A model generated the notes under the pieces. That model saw only the letters and a list, made by a program, of their open reading frames with translations, had not been told where the DNA came from and searched no databases. DNA of 64,000 nucleotides from an uncultured Verrucomicrobiae bacterium. GTDB taxonomy: Bacteria; Verrucomicrobiota; Verrucomicrobiia; Chthoniobacterales; Chthoniobacteraceae. The position numbers and the translations under genes were made by a program. The DNA lies in the NCBI GenBank assembly GCA_963828525.1, contig CAWHEP010000007.1, positions 32,001 to 96,000 of the forward strand, given 5' to 3'. Positions 1-10,507 of this stretch are shown piece by piece. Within the stretch, counting starts at the first letter, position 1, and each line of letters begins with the position of its first letter.

Positions 1-1
1 G

Positions 2-406
2 GTTACGATCGCTGAGTGCTTGCACCTCGGCGACCCGGCGCAGCCCGTGCCGAACGCGAATACTCAGCGCTTTTTTTCAGAGCTTCTAACATCTGGTAAG
101 TCTGGCGTTTTTTTGACCCAACCAATCCAGTCAATTTTTGAACTCGCTCGAAGTTTGCGTTGGAAGCGACATGTCTTCCTAAAGCCGATGGATTCAATCC
201 ATGTCGCTACAGCCTTGCACCACCGCTGCAAGGAGATCCTGACTCGCGACGGTGATATTTTTAAAGTGAGGGATCAACTCGCCGATTTAGATTTGTCTGT
301 CGCGTTCCCGAGCCAGACTGAGCTTCTCCCGGACACATACAGACAGGATGACTTTGATGAAACGCTCCAGCAAAGAACAGAACCCCCAATAGGCGAAGAA
401 CCGTAG
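2..406 (+). CDS. PIN-domain (VapC-like) protein, 5'-partial
   Basis: Frame open from the window edge: VTIAEC..., LKPMDSIHVATA and ILTRD match PIN acidic motifs. Confidence 0.75.
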   Translation, partial: VTIAECLHLGDPAQPVPNANTQRFFSELLTSGKSGVFLTQPIQSIFELARSLRWKRHVFLKPMDSIHVATALHHRCKEILTRDGDIFKVRDQLADLDLSVAFPSQTELLPDTYRQDDFDETLQQRTEPPIGEEP

Positions 407-423
407 CGTCGTAAAATCCTCAT

Positions 424-1050
424 TCACCTCCACTCCGCCCCAACCAGATAAGGATTCGAAGCGCGCTCCCTTCCGATCGTCGTCGATGGTCCGTGTCCCG
501 ATAGCACCGTGACATCATCGCCGAGCGGCAGAACTTTGGCGCGAATGCCGCTGAAGAGGAGATCACGGTCACCGCCGGGAAGGTCCCACCTTCCCACCGC
601 CCCAGCGAACAATACATCTCCGCCAAAAAGCAACCGCTCCGAGCTCGAAAAGAAGCAGACGCTCCCCGGACAATGCCCAGGCACCTCAAGCACCTGGAAG
701 TCGATCCCCTCGTAATTCGCGGAAGCAGTCTCCACGATCGATAAATCCGCCGTCACCGGTTCCACATCGAAGTCGAAACCATAATTGCGCAGGAAGTTTT
801 TCTCCGTAAGCAGCCGGATGCCGTCTGGATGGTAACCCACGCGGCATCCATGCTCCCTTTTGATCCGCGCCGCGTCCGCCACGTGATCTATATGTCCATG
901 CGTCAGGAGGAGGAGCGACACCTTGTAGCCGCTCTCCTCTAGCCACGCGGCGCTATCCTGCGGCGCGTCGATCAGGATATTTCGTTCCCCGTTCTCAATG
1001 AGGAAGCAGTTCGTGTCGAAGATGCCTCCCGTGAAGGTCTTGATATTCAT
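424..1050 (-). CDS. MBL-fold metallo-hydrolase (glyoxalase II/YcbL-like)
   Basis: THGHIDH, PGHCPGS, GDVLFAGAVGRWD, GHGPSTT; ATG at 1050. Confidence 0.9.
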   Translation of the reverse strand: MNIKTFTGGIFDTNCFLIENGERNILIDAPQDSAAWLEESGYKVSLLLLTHGHIDHVADAARIKREHGCRVGYHPDGIRLLTEKNFLRNYGFDFDVEPVTADLSIVETASANYEGIDFQVLEVPGHCPGSVCFFSSSERLLFGGDVLFAGAVGRWDLPGGDRDLLFSGIRAKVLPLGDDVTVLSGHGPSTTIGRERASNPYLVGAEWR

Positions 1051-1144
1051 GTGCCTGCACAATGAAGGGGATTCTCCCCCTGCCGCAAGCCCGCGCTGCC
1101 TTGATGGCGGCGCGTCAGCCCAATCTCTGGTCCTGATGGCGAGC

Positions 1145-1850
1145 CTACGCCGCCTTTTTCTCGACGTCCTTCAGGGCAAGGATGCGCTCTTTCTTCGCTT
1201 TGTAATCCAGAGCGTGGAAGTTTCGGATCTCATCCACTCGCCGGGCCGCGTTCAGGGCGTCCAGGTATTGGGTGTATTCCCTGGCCAGTTCGTTTGTTTC
1301 CATATACCGCCCGCGCAGGTTCGGGTCGGCATAGGCTCCTGGCGTCTGCGCGCAGAAAAGATGGAATCTCAGCCAGCGGCGATCTGCGTTCGCGACCTTC
1401 TGGCTCTTGCGGAAGAACGCGATGAAGAGCAGCAGCACGAGGTAAGTATCCACCTGCGCCTGCAACTCGAGGTTCCTCGCAAAGTCTTCGCTGCCGATCT
1501 CCCGGATGCCCGACTTGAACTGCAGCGACGCGTGCAGAGCGTGGTTGATCTCCTCCACAAAAGCAATCACCGAACGGATGTTCGAGTCGCTTAGTTCAGT
1601 CCGCGGATCGTATTTCTCCAGTTGATCAATCAACCACCGCGAATAGTAAATCCCCACGTAGAGTTGATCATTAGACCTGCGCAGGAATGTGCGCGCGATA
1701 TCACTCAGCTCGCGGGCGGACGCCCCTGCCAGCCGGCTCAGTTGTTTGCAACGCGCGCTGTCTATGATGCAATCTTCAAGGTTGATCCCCGTGCGCGCGT
1801 ACAGTCCTTTCAAAAAGCGCCTGTATCTCGCTGAATAATGTGGCCCTCAT
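1145..1850 (-). CDS. Hypothetical protein; apparent 1-nt frameshift near 1800
   Basis: 222-aa ORF. An ATG at 1850 overlaps the upstream stop (ATGA) and reads MRATLFSEIQALFERT, which joins YARTGINLED if one base is removed. Confidence 0.65.
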
Positions 1851-2572
1851 GAGATCAATGCGGCGGCGGGCGCGTAATCAGCGTCCAGGTTCAATAGACG
1901 GTCTGAGAGGTGATTCAAGGCGAGACGGATCGGGTGGAAATCAGCCGCAAGCGCTTCATAGATGCTGCTCAAGTCCGCCGTCCGCGCCACCGAGTGGCTT
2001 GCCACCACATTATAATTCAGGCGTCCCATCTCCTCGTAGAAAGAGAAGTTCGGTGCCCCGCGTTCCCGCCTGCGTTGGACGCTCTCGGGAAAGATGCCGC
2101 ACAGAAAGAGCGAATAGTTGCCTACATGCGCCCGTATGAGGAATGTCTGCACGGGTGAGGCGTTCCGCAGCGCAAGCAGCATATCAGAGATGTATTCCAC
2201 CGGGTTGCCGCCAGCCGCTACGGGCGAGTTCAGCCGCGCGGTTCGCGAAAAGGCTTCCAATAGCGAGGCGACGTAATCCGCGAGATGTCTGTTAGCAATG
2301 CCTGTCTCTTTTAATACACGCCGAGTGAGAATATAGAAATAGAACTGTGGAGAAATAGACAGGTTACCGCGTTGAGATAACACAGCTTGGAACAGGAGAT
2401 CATGGTCGAGAATGGTGTCCCGAGATTCTAGATCAGCCAGCAGTTCCACTAGGCTTACCGCCGCGCTGCGTGACTTGCTCAGTGTTTTCACGACGAATGA
2501 AAAATCCTCCGCCGTGAACCGATCCCGACAATTCGCTTTTATCATCGGGTCTTTTGGAGTAGCAACGATCAT
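1847..2572 (-). CDS. Hypothetical protein (start may be MIKANC, 9 codons in)
   Basis: 241-aa helical-looking ORF, translationally coupled to the next gene. Confidence 0.7.
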   Translation of the reverse strand: MIVATPKDPMIKANCRDRFTAEDFSFVVKTLSKSRSAAVSLVELLADLESRDTILDHDLLFQAVLSQRGNLSISPQFYFYILTRRVLKETGIANRHLADYVASLLEAFSRTARLNSPVAAGGNPVEYISDMLLALRNASPVQTFLIRAHVGNYSLFLCGIFPESVQRRRERGAPNFSFYEEMGRLNYNVVASHSVARTADLSSIYEALAADFHPIRLALNHLSDRLLNLDADYAPAAALIS

Positions 2573-2597
2573 GCCATTTTTCGAAAATGGCTTCTAA

Positions 2598-2957
2598 ATG
2601 CCCGACGCGCCGTTGAGTGAGTCCGTCCTTGCTGACCTTCATAAGCTCGGCGGCGAGGCTTTTGTCCGGCAGATGCTCGACGTCTTTCTTGACTACATCC
2701 CGACAAGGATCGCTGCCGCAAAGGCCGCTCAGTCGCGTTGCGATATGGATGCCCTCAGCAAAGCGGTTCATCCCGCCAAGTCCGGCGCGAACAATGTTGG
2801 CGCGCTGCGCCTCAGGGACATCGCGGCGGCTCTTGAAAAGGGCGCGCGCACCGCAACTCCCGCCCAAGTGACGGCGCTGTTGCTCCAGCTTGAAGAAGAA
2901 TTCGCCCGGGCCCGTGGTCAGGTCATTAAATGGCAATCAGACCATCCAGCGCCCTGA
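2598..2957 (+). CDS. Stand-alone HPt (histidine phosphotransfer) protein
   Basis: AVHPAKSGANNVGALRL matches the HPt H-x-x-K-S/G-x-x-x-x-x-G-A pattern; 119 aa. Confidence 0.85.
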   Translation: MPDAPLSESVLADLHKLGGEAFVRQMLDVFLDYIPTRIAAAKAAQSRCDMDALSKAVHPAKSGANNVGALRLRDIAAALEKGARTATPAQVTALLLQLEEEFARARGQVIKWQSDHPAP

Positions 2958-2985
2958 CGCGTCCTGCGAGCTAAGGTTGCCCCTG

Positions 2986-3025
2986 AAAAGCAAACTGGCT
3001 TCTCTCCGCGAGGAAGAGAAGCCAG
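2986..3025 (-). terminator. Intrinsic terminator of the ferritin-like gene
   Basis: CTGGCTTCTCT/AGAGAAGCCAG stem (2995-3025) followed on the - strand by TTTGCTTTT. Confidence 0.7.
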
Positions 3026-3052
3026 CCTGAGTAAAAGAACTCTGTCTCAGCT

Positions 3053-4057
3053 CTACGCCGTGACCGTGCGCACTGCGGCATCGGCATTTGTCGCGAGCGC
3101 CGTCGCCGCGTCGAAGAACGCCTGGCTCTGGCCGGTGAACAAACCGGAGTTCGCGAGGTGCGTCACTGTCGCCACCGCTCCGGCATTTGCGGTGCTGATC
3201 GGGCGGAGAACGGAACTGGGAGGCAGGCTCGCCGATAGGAATTTGCACGGAGCTGGCATGCTGTCCGCCGCAAACGCGCGCTGGTTCTTGAAGTCACCCT
3301 GCAGCGACGTCATAAACGTCGCGAGGTGATAGAATTCTGTCGGTCCGATTGACGCCAGGATCATCAATGTATCCAAAGCGCTCACTTTCAGTGTCAGATT
3401 AGCGTAAAGGCTGCTGCCGCCCTGCTCGATGTCGCCAAAGTGAAACGAGGCAGCCGTCGCGATTTGCGTCAACTTCGACGCGCTCAACCCGTTTGTGAGC
3501 GGGATTGTGGGCTGCCCGATAATGTTATCCACCTGCGGGAATGTGTCACCGAAATCAGGATTTCCCTGCTCGCGATAGCGCAGGACGTAGCTGGTGTCCA
3601 CAGTCAGAGCCCCTAGGTTGGTCAGCCGCTTTTTGCCTGAAGATCCGCTGGCGGACGACCCGGGCAAGGTCGCAAACGGGGTCAGGTCCACTGGGGGCTG
3701 GCCGACTGAAACCAGGTAGCTGTTTATGAAATTTTGATGACTGTTCTCGTCGCGGAAATCTTCGAGGATGTATTCTGGAAGGTTGATGTCGATTGCCGAC
3801 AGCGCCGCCCGGTATGGCGCGTTATTCAGCGCCAGTTCGGTGTACTGATCCCAGAGATCCGTCTCCAGCAGTTCCGCCGCGGCGAGGAAGTTTAGGATGG
3901 CGAGATCGCCAGAGGTGGGGGTGTCTCCTGTGAGCGTCTGCCCAAAGGCGCTCGTCAGGTAGCCGGCCAGGGGCAACGCAGCCCCCATGATTGCGCCGCG
4001 CCGCAGGAAAGAGCGGCGGGAAAATTGCGAGTGTGTCTGTGTGTCTTCTTGGTTCAT
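3053..4057 (-). CDS. Tat-exported ferritin-like domain protein
   Basis: SRRSFLRRGAIMGAA twin-arginine signal; DLAILNFLAAAELLE, DENSH, EQGG and TEFYH di-metal-type motifs; start approximate. Confidence 0.75.
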   Translation of the reverse strand: MNQEDTQTHSQFSRRSFLRRGAIMGAALPLAGYLTSAFGQTLTGDTPTSGDLAILNFLAAAELLETDLWDQYTELALNNAPYRAALSAIDINLPEYILEDFRDENSHQNFINSYLVSVGQPPVDLTPFATLPGSSASGSSGKKRLTNLGALTVDTSYVLRYREQGNPDFGDTFPQVDNIIGQPTIPLTNGLSASKLTQIATAASFHFGDIEQGGSSLYANLTLKVSALDTLMILASIGPTEFYHLATFMTSLQGDFKNQRAFAADSMPAPCKFLSASLPPSSVLRPISTANAGAVATVTHLANSGLFTGQSQAFFDAATALATNADAAVRTVTA

Positions 4058-4172
4058 ATATTTCTCAATCGTGTGGCATGGACTGACACGGGAAGCGCGT
4101 TTTGCGCGGCCCGCGTATTTAACATACGTGCGCACATTGTTTTATGGTTGTGTGCAGACCGTATCGTCAAGG

Positions 4173-4375
4173 GGTGCGACACGCTTCCCGTCTCGGATGC
4201 AACCAATTTCAATGAGCGTCCTGCGCCTCGACCCGCGATGTCGCCACTCCGTCCACGACCCGTGTGCGGAGAACCATGCCCGCCCGCGCCTGTCGAATTG
4301 AGCGCACCACCTGCCCCGCCTCATCCGTGGTAATGCTGAAGCCCCGTTCCAGCGTCGCTTGCGGCGCGAGCACGC
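4173..4375 (-). repeat. Displaced duplicate of the xseA 3' end (partner 5361-5564)
   Basis: Translates VLAPQATLERGFSITTDEAGQVVRSIRQARAGMVLRTRVVDGVATSRVEAQDAH*, nearly identical to the XseA C-terminus. Confidence 0.95.
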
Positions 4376-4488
4376 CTGGCAAAACTATCCGGGACGACTA
4401 CGACCTCCAATTGATTCTGACCCGAGTTGATTCATCGCTCGACAAACGAACCATAACCAAGACCGGCTTACTACCCGTCGGACTTTGA

Positions 4489-4794
4489 TCAGACCGCGTA
4501 AAGAATCTCTGGCCTCTTGATCGCAATGTCCAAGAGACGAAGTGCCGCGCCGGATGGTTTGCGCCGTCCAGTTTCCCACTTGATTTCCGTGGTGGTGGAA
4601 ACATTCAAAAGACGGGCAAAAACGGCCTGACTGGTCCCCAGTCGTTTCCGAAGTTTGAGGATTTCCCTGGGAGGAAGAGCCGTGACTTTTTTAGGAACGG
4701 GCACCTGCTTGGTTCGCAATGTGATCTTGCCTTGGGAATGGGCCAGCGCCTGTTCCATGCTTTTCTGAAGTTCGTTGAAGAGTTCTTTTTTCAT
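4489..4794 (-). CDS. HTH antitoxin (HigA-like)
   Basis: SQAVFARLLNVSTTTEIKWETGRRKPSGAALRLL Xre-type HTH, directly downstream of the toxin. Confidence 0.88.
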   Translation of the reverse strand: MKKELFNELQKSMEQALAHSQGKITLRTKQVPVPKKVTALPPREILKLRKRLGTSQAVFARLLNVSTTTEIKWETGRRKPSGAALRLLDIAIKRPEILYAV

Positions 4795-4798
4795 GATG

Positions 4799-5143
4799 TC
4801 ATTTTCTCCGATGTTGTTCAGCAATCCCCTGGGCCGTGGCTTTCAGTGTTTTCTTTTGATCTGCGGTTAGGTCGTCTGCTTCACCTTTGTCGTAAACGAA
4901 AATCATATAAATTATCTCCTCAATCAGAACAAAATAGTAAATCACTCGCGCGCCGCCGCGCTTGCCTTTTCCCCGAGCGGCCATGCGGAGTTTACGGAGA
5001 CCGCCGGTTCCCTGAATGATGTTGCCCTTCGTCGGGTCTTTTACCAACTCGGCTTGGAGATCGGCGTAAGTCTCGTCATCAGCCATCTTGACGATGCGCT
5101 TCGTAAACACATCCGTTTCGATAAAAGTGAAAGATTTTGCCAT
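4799..5143 (-). CDS. RelE/HigB-family toxin
   Basis: IQGTGGLRKLRMAARGKGKRGGARVIYY and VYDKGEADDL. Confidence 0.9.
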   Translation of the reverse strand: MAKSFTFIETDVFTKRIVKMADDETYADLQAELVKDPTKGNIIQGTGGLRKLRMAARGKGKRGGARVIYYFVLIEEIIYMIFVYDKGEADDLTADQKKTLKATAQGIAEQHRRK

Positions 5144-5148
5144 TTGGA

Positions 5149-5187
5149 ATTGTATGACATTGTCTTAGAATAAGGTAATTTTGTCAA
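5149..5187 (-). promoter_or_regulatory. Sigma70-type promoter with overlapping palindromic operator for the HigBA pair
   Basis: - strand TTGACA (5182-5187), 17-nt spacer, GACAAT (5159-5164); imperfect palindrome ATTGTATGACA-T-TGTCTTAGAAT (5149-5171) covers the -10. Confidence 0.7.
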
Positions 5188-5334
5188 CATTGACTGTCTC
5201 GCCCTTGGGGTTCGTTGAACCCCATTTCCAACCTGTATCGTCCCTCGAATTGACACCAAAAGTGATACCGTAATGCGGGTGAAAATAGGCATCGATTAAA
5301 TGTGAGTAGGCTGGATTTCAGAGGTAAAACGGTA

Positions 5335-6740
5335 TCATTCTGAAAGCTTGGATAGGACGAGGTGCGGCACCGTTCCAGTCTCGGATGCAGCCGAGTTTAA
5401 AGACGCGTCCTGCGTCTCGACCCGCGATGTCGCCACTCCGTCCACGACCCGTGTGCGGAGAACCATGCCCGCCCGCGTCTGGCTGATTGAGCGCACCACC
5501 TGCCCCGTCTCGTCTGTGGTGATGCTGAAGCCCCGTTCCAGCGTCGCTTGCGGCGCGAGCACGCGCAACAGCCCGTCCGCGTGGCGCAGCCGCGCCCGGC
5601 TCGACTCCAGCGCGGCGCGCATCTGCTCCGAAAGCCGCCCGGTCGCCCGGCCCAGCTGCTGCCGCTTCAACTCTGTCACCTGGTCAGGTCGATGCTGATA
5701 CAGCACAGCCCGAAACGAGGTTATTGCCTGCTTCAGCAGCGCGACCCGTGACAACATGTTCCGGCGCAGCGTTTCCTCGAGCAGGTCGACCCGCTGGAAA
5801 GACTCCTCGACCAGCCTTCTTGGATCCTGAACGCCGCGGCTTGCAAGCGCTAGCCGGCTTTTCCACTGCTCGATTCGCGTCTCGGCGCTTCGCTGCAATT
5901 GCGCTCCCATCCGCGCGAACCGTGCATCCAGTTCCTTCGCGTCTGGAACGATCAGTTCGGCGGCAGCGCTGGGAGTGGGTGCCCTTAAATCCGCGACGAA
6001 GTCGCATATCGTGAAATCGATTTCATGCCCGATTGCCGAGACCACCGGTATCTTTGAGGCAAAGATAGCCCGCGCCACTGCCTCTTCGTTGAACTCCCAC
6101 AAGTCTTCCGCGCTTCCGCCTCCGCGACACACAACGATGATGTCCACCGCTGGCAAACCCGCGCTTCCCTGAAACTCGCGCACTGCCGCCGCGATCTCCA
6201 CCGACGCGCCCGCGCCCTGCACCCGGACCGGATTTATCACCACCCGCGCCCACGGGGCTCTTCGATGGAGCACGTTCAGCATATCGCGGATCGCCGCGCC
6301 AGTTGGCGATGTCACGATCCCGATCACCCGCGGAAAGCGGGGCAGCGGTTTCTTCCGCGCGGCATCGAACAGCCCCTCCGCATCCAGCTTCCTTTTTAAC
6401 GCCTCGAATTTCGCCTGCAGCGCTCCCGCGCCGCCGCCTGCGCGAAATTGACGTTTAGTTGATATTGCCCGCGCGCTTCATACACGGTCAGGGTTCCCCG
6501 CGCCTGCGCGAGCATGCCATCGGCGAGTTGCGCCTGCCGCAGATTGAGGTAGGGCCGGTGGAAAATCACGCAGCCGAGCTGGCATTTCTCATCTTTTAGC
6601 GTGAAATACTGGTGCCCCGACGCCTGCCGCCGGTGGTTGCACACCTCTCCCTGCACCCATACCTCCCCAAGGTCTGTCTCCAGCACCTCGCGGATGGCGC
6701 GCGTTACTTCCGTCACCGAGAAAAGCCCGGGCGTCTCCAT
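5335..6740 (-). CDS. xseA: Exodeoxyribonuclease VII large subunit; frameshift ~6420
   Basis: VWVQGEV, SGHQYFTLKDE, IGIVTSPTGAAIRD, RGGGSAEDLW, GHEIDFTICDFVADLRAPTPSAAAE. Confidence 0.95.
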
Positions 6741-6741
6741 G

Positions 6742-8112
6742 TCAGCCGCCCCTCCCATACGCTCTCGCCAGCAGCGACATGGTATGCGCCACCTTCACCG
6801 GCGAGTTTGCCGCCCGCAAACCGGCTTCGAGCTGGATCATGCACCCGGGGTTGGATGTCGCCACGATATCCGCGCCCGTTTCCGCGATGTTTGAGAGCTT
6901 CCGCTTGAGAAGCTGCGCGGACATTTCCGGCTGCGTTATGTTGTATATGCCCGCGCTCCCGCAACACCACGTCGCCTCGCGCAGTTCCACCACTTGCAGC
7001 CCGGGGATCATTGCCAGTATCTCGCGCGGCTGTTTGCTGATCTTCTGCCCATGGCATAGGTGACACGCCTCGTGGTAAGCGACTCGCCCGGCCACCGCTC
7101 CTGCCGGAGCTTTTATCCCGATCTTGCAGAGCCATTCGTGTACATGGTACAGCTTCGACGACCATTCTTTCGCGCGCGCCGCGTACCGGTCATCACCAGC
7201 CAGCAGATGCCCATACTGCTTTAGTTGGGTTCCGCATCCAGCGGCGTTGGACACGATTGCGTCCAGGCTGCCGACATCGAACATGTCGATATTCCGGCGC
7301 GCCATCTCGCGAGCAGTATCGACATCACCATTGTGCGCGTGCAAAGAGCCGCAGCAGAATTGACCGCGTGGCGTCACCACCTCGCAACCATTCTCAACCA
7401 GCACCGAGACCGTGTCCCTGTTCACCCCTGAAAATACCAAATCCTGCGCGCATCCCGTCAGCATCCCCACGCGATATCGGGCGGCGGCAGGCCGTTCCAC
7501 TCCGCCGATCAGTTCATCCGAAAAGCGCCTCGCGATTCGGGGCGTAAGTGGTTCCAGGCGCCGGGCCGCCGCCGGGAGCAAATATACCAGCCCCAGTTTA
7601 CGCGCCGCGTTCTGCAAACCCGTCGCCTGGTAGAACCATATCAAACGCCCCAGCGCCCTCAGCAACCGGGGATGCGCGAACAGGCCCCGCAAGCTGACCA
7701 CCCGCGCGAGATCCCGCTTCCAATTCCTCAGAACACCCGCCCGCTCGATATCCGCGCGCGCGTTTTCAAATAACGCCGAATACCTTACGCCCGCCGGACA
7801 CGCGGTTTCACAAGCCAGGCACCCGAGGCAAAAGTAGAGTTCTTCCCCAAACGCGCGGGTCACTTCCAGGCTGCCTTCCGCGATCCCCCGCATCAACGCG
7901 ATCCGCCCCCGCGGGCTGTTGCGCTCCAGCTTCGTCGCGTCATAGGTGGGACAAGTCGGAAGGCATAGACCGCAGTGTATGCACTGTTGCGCGACAGAGC
8001 CATCCATCGCCGGGAGGTGGAATCCCGGAACACCGCCGCCACTGGGACTGGAGCGCCCAATCTCCCGTATCCGGGCATCCGGCAGCCCGCCTGTGGAGAG
8101 ACAGGCGCTCAT
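6742..8112 (-). CDS. glcF: Fe-S oxidoreductase, GlcF-like (glycolate oxidase Fe-S subunit family)
   Basis: CIHCGLCLPTCP and CLGCLACETACP 4Fe-4S motifs plus two CCG domains; start 8112 or 8007. Confidence 0.8.
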   Translation of the reverse strand: MSACLSTGGLPDARIREIGRSSPSGGGVPGFHLPAMDGSVAQQCIHCGLCLPTCPTYDATKLERNSPRGRIALMRGIAEGSLEVTRAFGEELYFCLGCLACETACPAGVRYSALFENARADIERAGVLRNWKRDLARVVSLRGLFAHPRLLRALGRLIWFYQATGLQNAARKLGLVYLLPAAARRLEPLTPRIARRFSDELIGGVERPAAARYRVGMLTGCAQDLVFSGVNRDTVSVLVENGCEVVTPRGQFCCGSLHAHNGDVDTAREMARRNIDMFDVGSLDAIVSNAAGCGTQLKQYGHLLAGDDRYAARAKEWSSKLYHVHEWLCKIGIKAPAGAVAGRVAYHEACHLCHGQKISKQPREILAMIPGLQVVELREATWCCGSAGIYNITQPEMSAQLLKRKLSNIAETGADIVATSNPGCMIQLEAGLRAANSPVKVAHTMSLLARAYGRGG

Positions 8113-8120
8113 TTCCCTAG

Positions 8121-8391
8121 GAGACTGTTGAAGAACTGGGGCATGTCGCGTTGCTGCCGATTTTTGAGTTGGGCAACGCGCGAGGAGCGAGCATATCCGC
8201 TGTGATCTGTGAGTGACGAGCAACGCTGCACAACTCAAAAAGCGGCGCAACCCGAAGGGCGAGAGCAATTTGGGGCGTCTTTGCAGCGTTGCTCACTTCT
8301 TGCAGACCGCAGCGGGTATGCGCGCCACTCGCGCCTTGCCATACGCCGAAAATTACTCTTGCGCGGCATGTCGCAGCTCTTCAACAGTCTC
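8121..8391. mobile_element. Non-autonomous MITE, 271 bp, flanked by CTAG on both sides
   Basis: TIRs GAGACTGTTGAAGAACTG / CAGCTCTTCAACAGTCTC (17/18 match); CTAG at 8117-8120 and 8392-8395; internal inverted modules. Confidence 0.85.
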
Positions 8392-10375
8392 CTAGAGATA
8401 CGTATCGATATCCTGCTCGCGTCCCACCCACCGCCGTATCCGGAATACATGCGCCGGTTTGCTGTGCGGCGGCAGGATCACAAAGTTGCGCCTGCCTCTC
8501 CACAAATACCGCTCGTCGGTCAGCAGATCATGCGCCTGGTATGTGTCACTCTCCATGAAGCCAAACTCCTCCACTGGCACGTGGATGTAACCCTGCCGGG
8601 TCTGATACGGATCGAGATTCACCACCACCAGGATGATGTTATCCCGCGACTTGCTCATCTTCCCGTAGAAGAGGATGTCCTCGCTCTCCGAACGATAAAA
8701 GCGCAGATTATCATACTGTTGAAGCGCGCGGTTTTCCCGCCGGATCTTGTTCAGCCGTGTGATGAATTCCTTGATGTTTCCCGCCGCGTTCCAGTCTCGC
8801 CCTTTGAATTGGTATTTCTCCGAATCCAGATACTCCTCGCGGCCAGGCAGCGCCGCGTTTTCGCAAAGTTCGAACCCGCTATAGATCCCGTAAACCGACG
8901 ACAGCGTGGCAGCCAGCACCGCCCGGATGAGGAATGCCGGACGACCCCCCTCCTGCAGGAAGAACGGCAGTATGTCCGGAGTGTTGGTAAACAGGTTGCC
9001 CCGGAAATAATCCTTCATCGCGGTCGCCGTCAGCTCCGTGAAATATTCGGTCAACTCCTGCTTCGACCCGCGCCATGTGAAGTACGTGTAGGACTGCGTG
9101 TAGCCCGCTTTTGCCAGCGCCTTCATCATCTTGGGACGCGTGAACGCCTCCGAAAGGAAGATCACATCCGGGTATTTCTCCTGCGTCCTCCCGATCAGGT
9201 ATTCCCAGAAACCCACCGGCTTCGTGTGCGGATTGTCCACTCGGAAAATCCGAACCCCTTTCTCCGCCCAGAACAGGATGACATCCGTCAACTCGTCCCA
9301 TAGCGCTCGCCAGTTCTCGTTATGGAAGTTCAGCGGATACACGTCCTCGTACTTCTTGGGAGGATTCTCAGCGTATTTTATCGTTCCATCCGGCCGCTTG
9401 AAAAACCACTCGGGATGCTCCGTCACGTAGGGGTGATCCGGCGAGCAGTTGATCGCAAAATCAAGCGCCAGCTCCATTCCCCGCGCCTTCAGTTCATCGA
9501 TCAGCCAGGCGAAATCCTCAAACGTTCCCAGCGCGGGTTCAATCGCCTTGTGGCCCCCGGCAGGTCCGCCAATCGCGTACGGCACCCCAGGCTCTCCCGG
9601 CAGCGCGGTCACCGAGTTGTTCCGCCCCTTCCGGTTCGTGATCCCGATAGGGTGGATCGGCGGAAAGTATATCACGTCGAACCCCATCTTCCGCGCGTCA
9701 TCGATGCGGCCGAGACAGTCCCGGAAAGTGGACCCCGCGTCACTCAGGCCTTCCGCGGAGCGTGGAAAAAATTCATACCACGCCGCGACTCGCGGCCCGC
9801 TCGCGATCCACCCTTACGAGAGGGTAGGGGGTGTATTGCGTCGAATCCGCCCGCCCCGCCCACGTCGCCATCAGCGCCTCCAGCTCCGTCAAGCGCGCAA
9901 TCGCATCCACCTCTTTCGGCGATGCCGCCTTCACCCTTCTGGAAAGCTCCTGCAGCCGGTCCCCGTCCTGTGTTCCTTTTGCCCTTCGCGCCGCGTTCGC
10001 GATCAGTTCCGCCCCCTCCAGCGTTTCGCTGGAAAGCTCCGGCGTGTCTGCCTCGTGCTTCTTATGAAACTCATACTGCCACGTCTTGAAAGTATCTCCC
10101 CACGCCTCAATCGTGAACTCGTGCAGCGCGTTCTCGAAAAAACGTGCATACACCGCTCCAGCGGTCATTCCCCAGCGGCTGCATATCGGTCTCGTGCCAG
10201 TCGCTATCCCCCACCTTCCGCCACTTCAACACCGCCCCCACCACGTCATGCCCATCCTTCAGGACATCGGCCTCCACCGCCAGATCCTCCCCGATTACGC
10301 GCTTTACGGATACCGCCCCCCATCCACCAGCGGCTGCACATTTTCGATCACGACAGTCTGCCTGTTTGGACTCAC
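8392..10375 (-). CDS. glgE: Alpha-1,4-glucan:maltose-1-phosphate maltosyltransferase; several frameshifts in the 5' half
   Basis: VVIENVQPLVDGGRYP, FPPIHPIG, KGRNN, CSPDHPY, YAENPPKKYEDVYP, RVDNPHTKP, SYTYFTWR, NTPDILP. Confidence 0.95.
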
Positions 10376-10507
10376 AAGCTTCGATATTCGAACAACCCGC
10401 AAACCTTGGCAATCGGAAATAGCCCAACGTAAGGAAGCCTCGCCGAGCCGACCATCCCGCGAGCCGACTCCACCGCGGCGCCCGCCCATCCTCAATCCCT
10501 CAGCCCC

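Noticed and set aside
8209..9303. Long antisense or overlapping ORFs (also 15732-16733, 34245-35306, 48576-49721)
   Set aside because: Shadows of GC-rich genes on the opposite strand with no recognisable motifs
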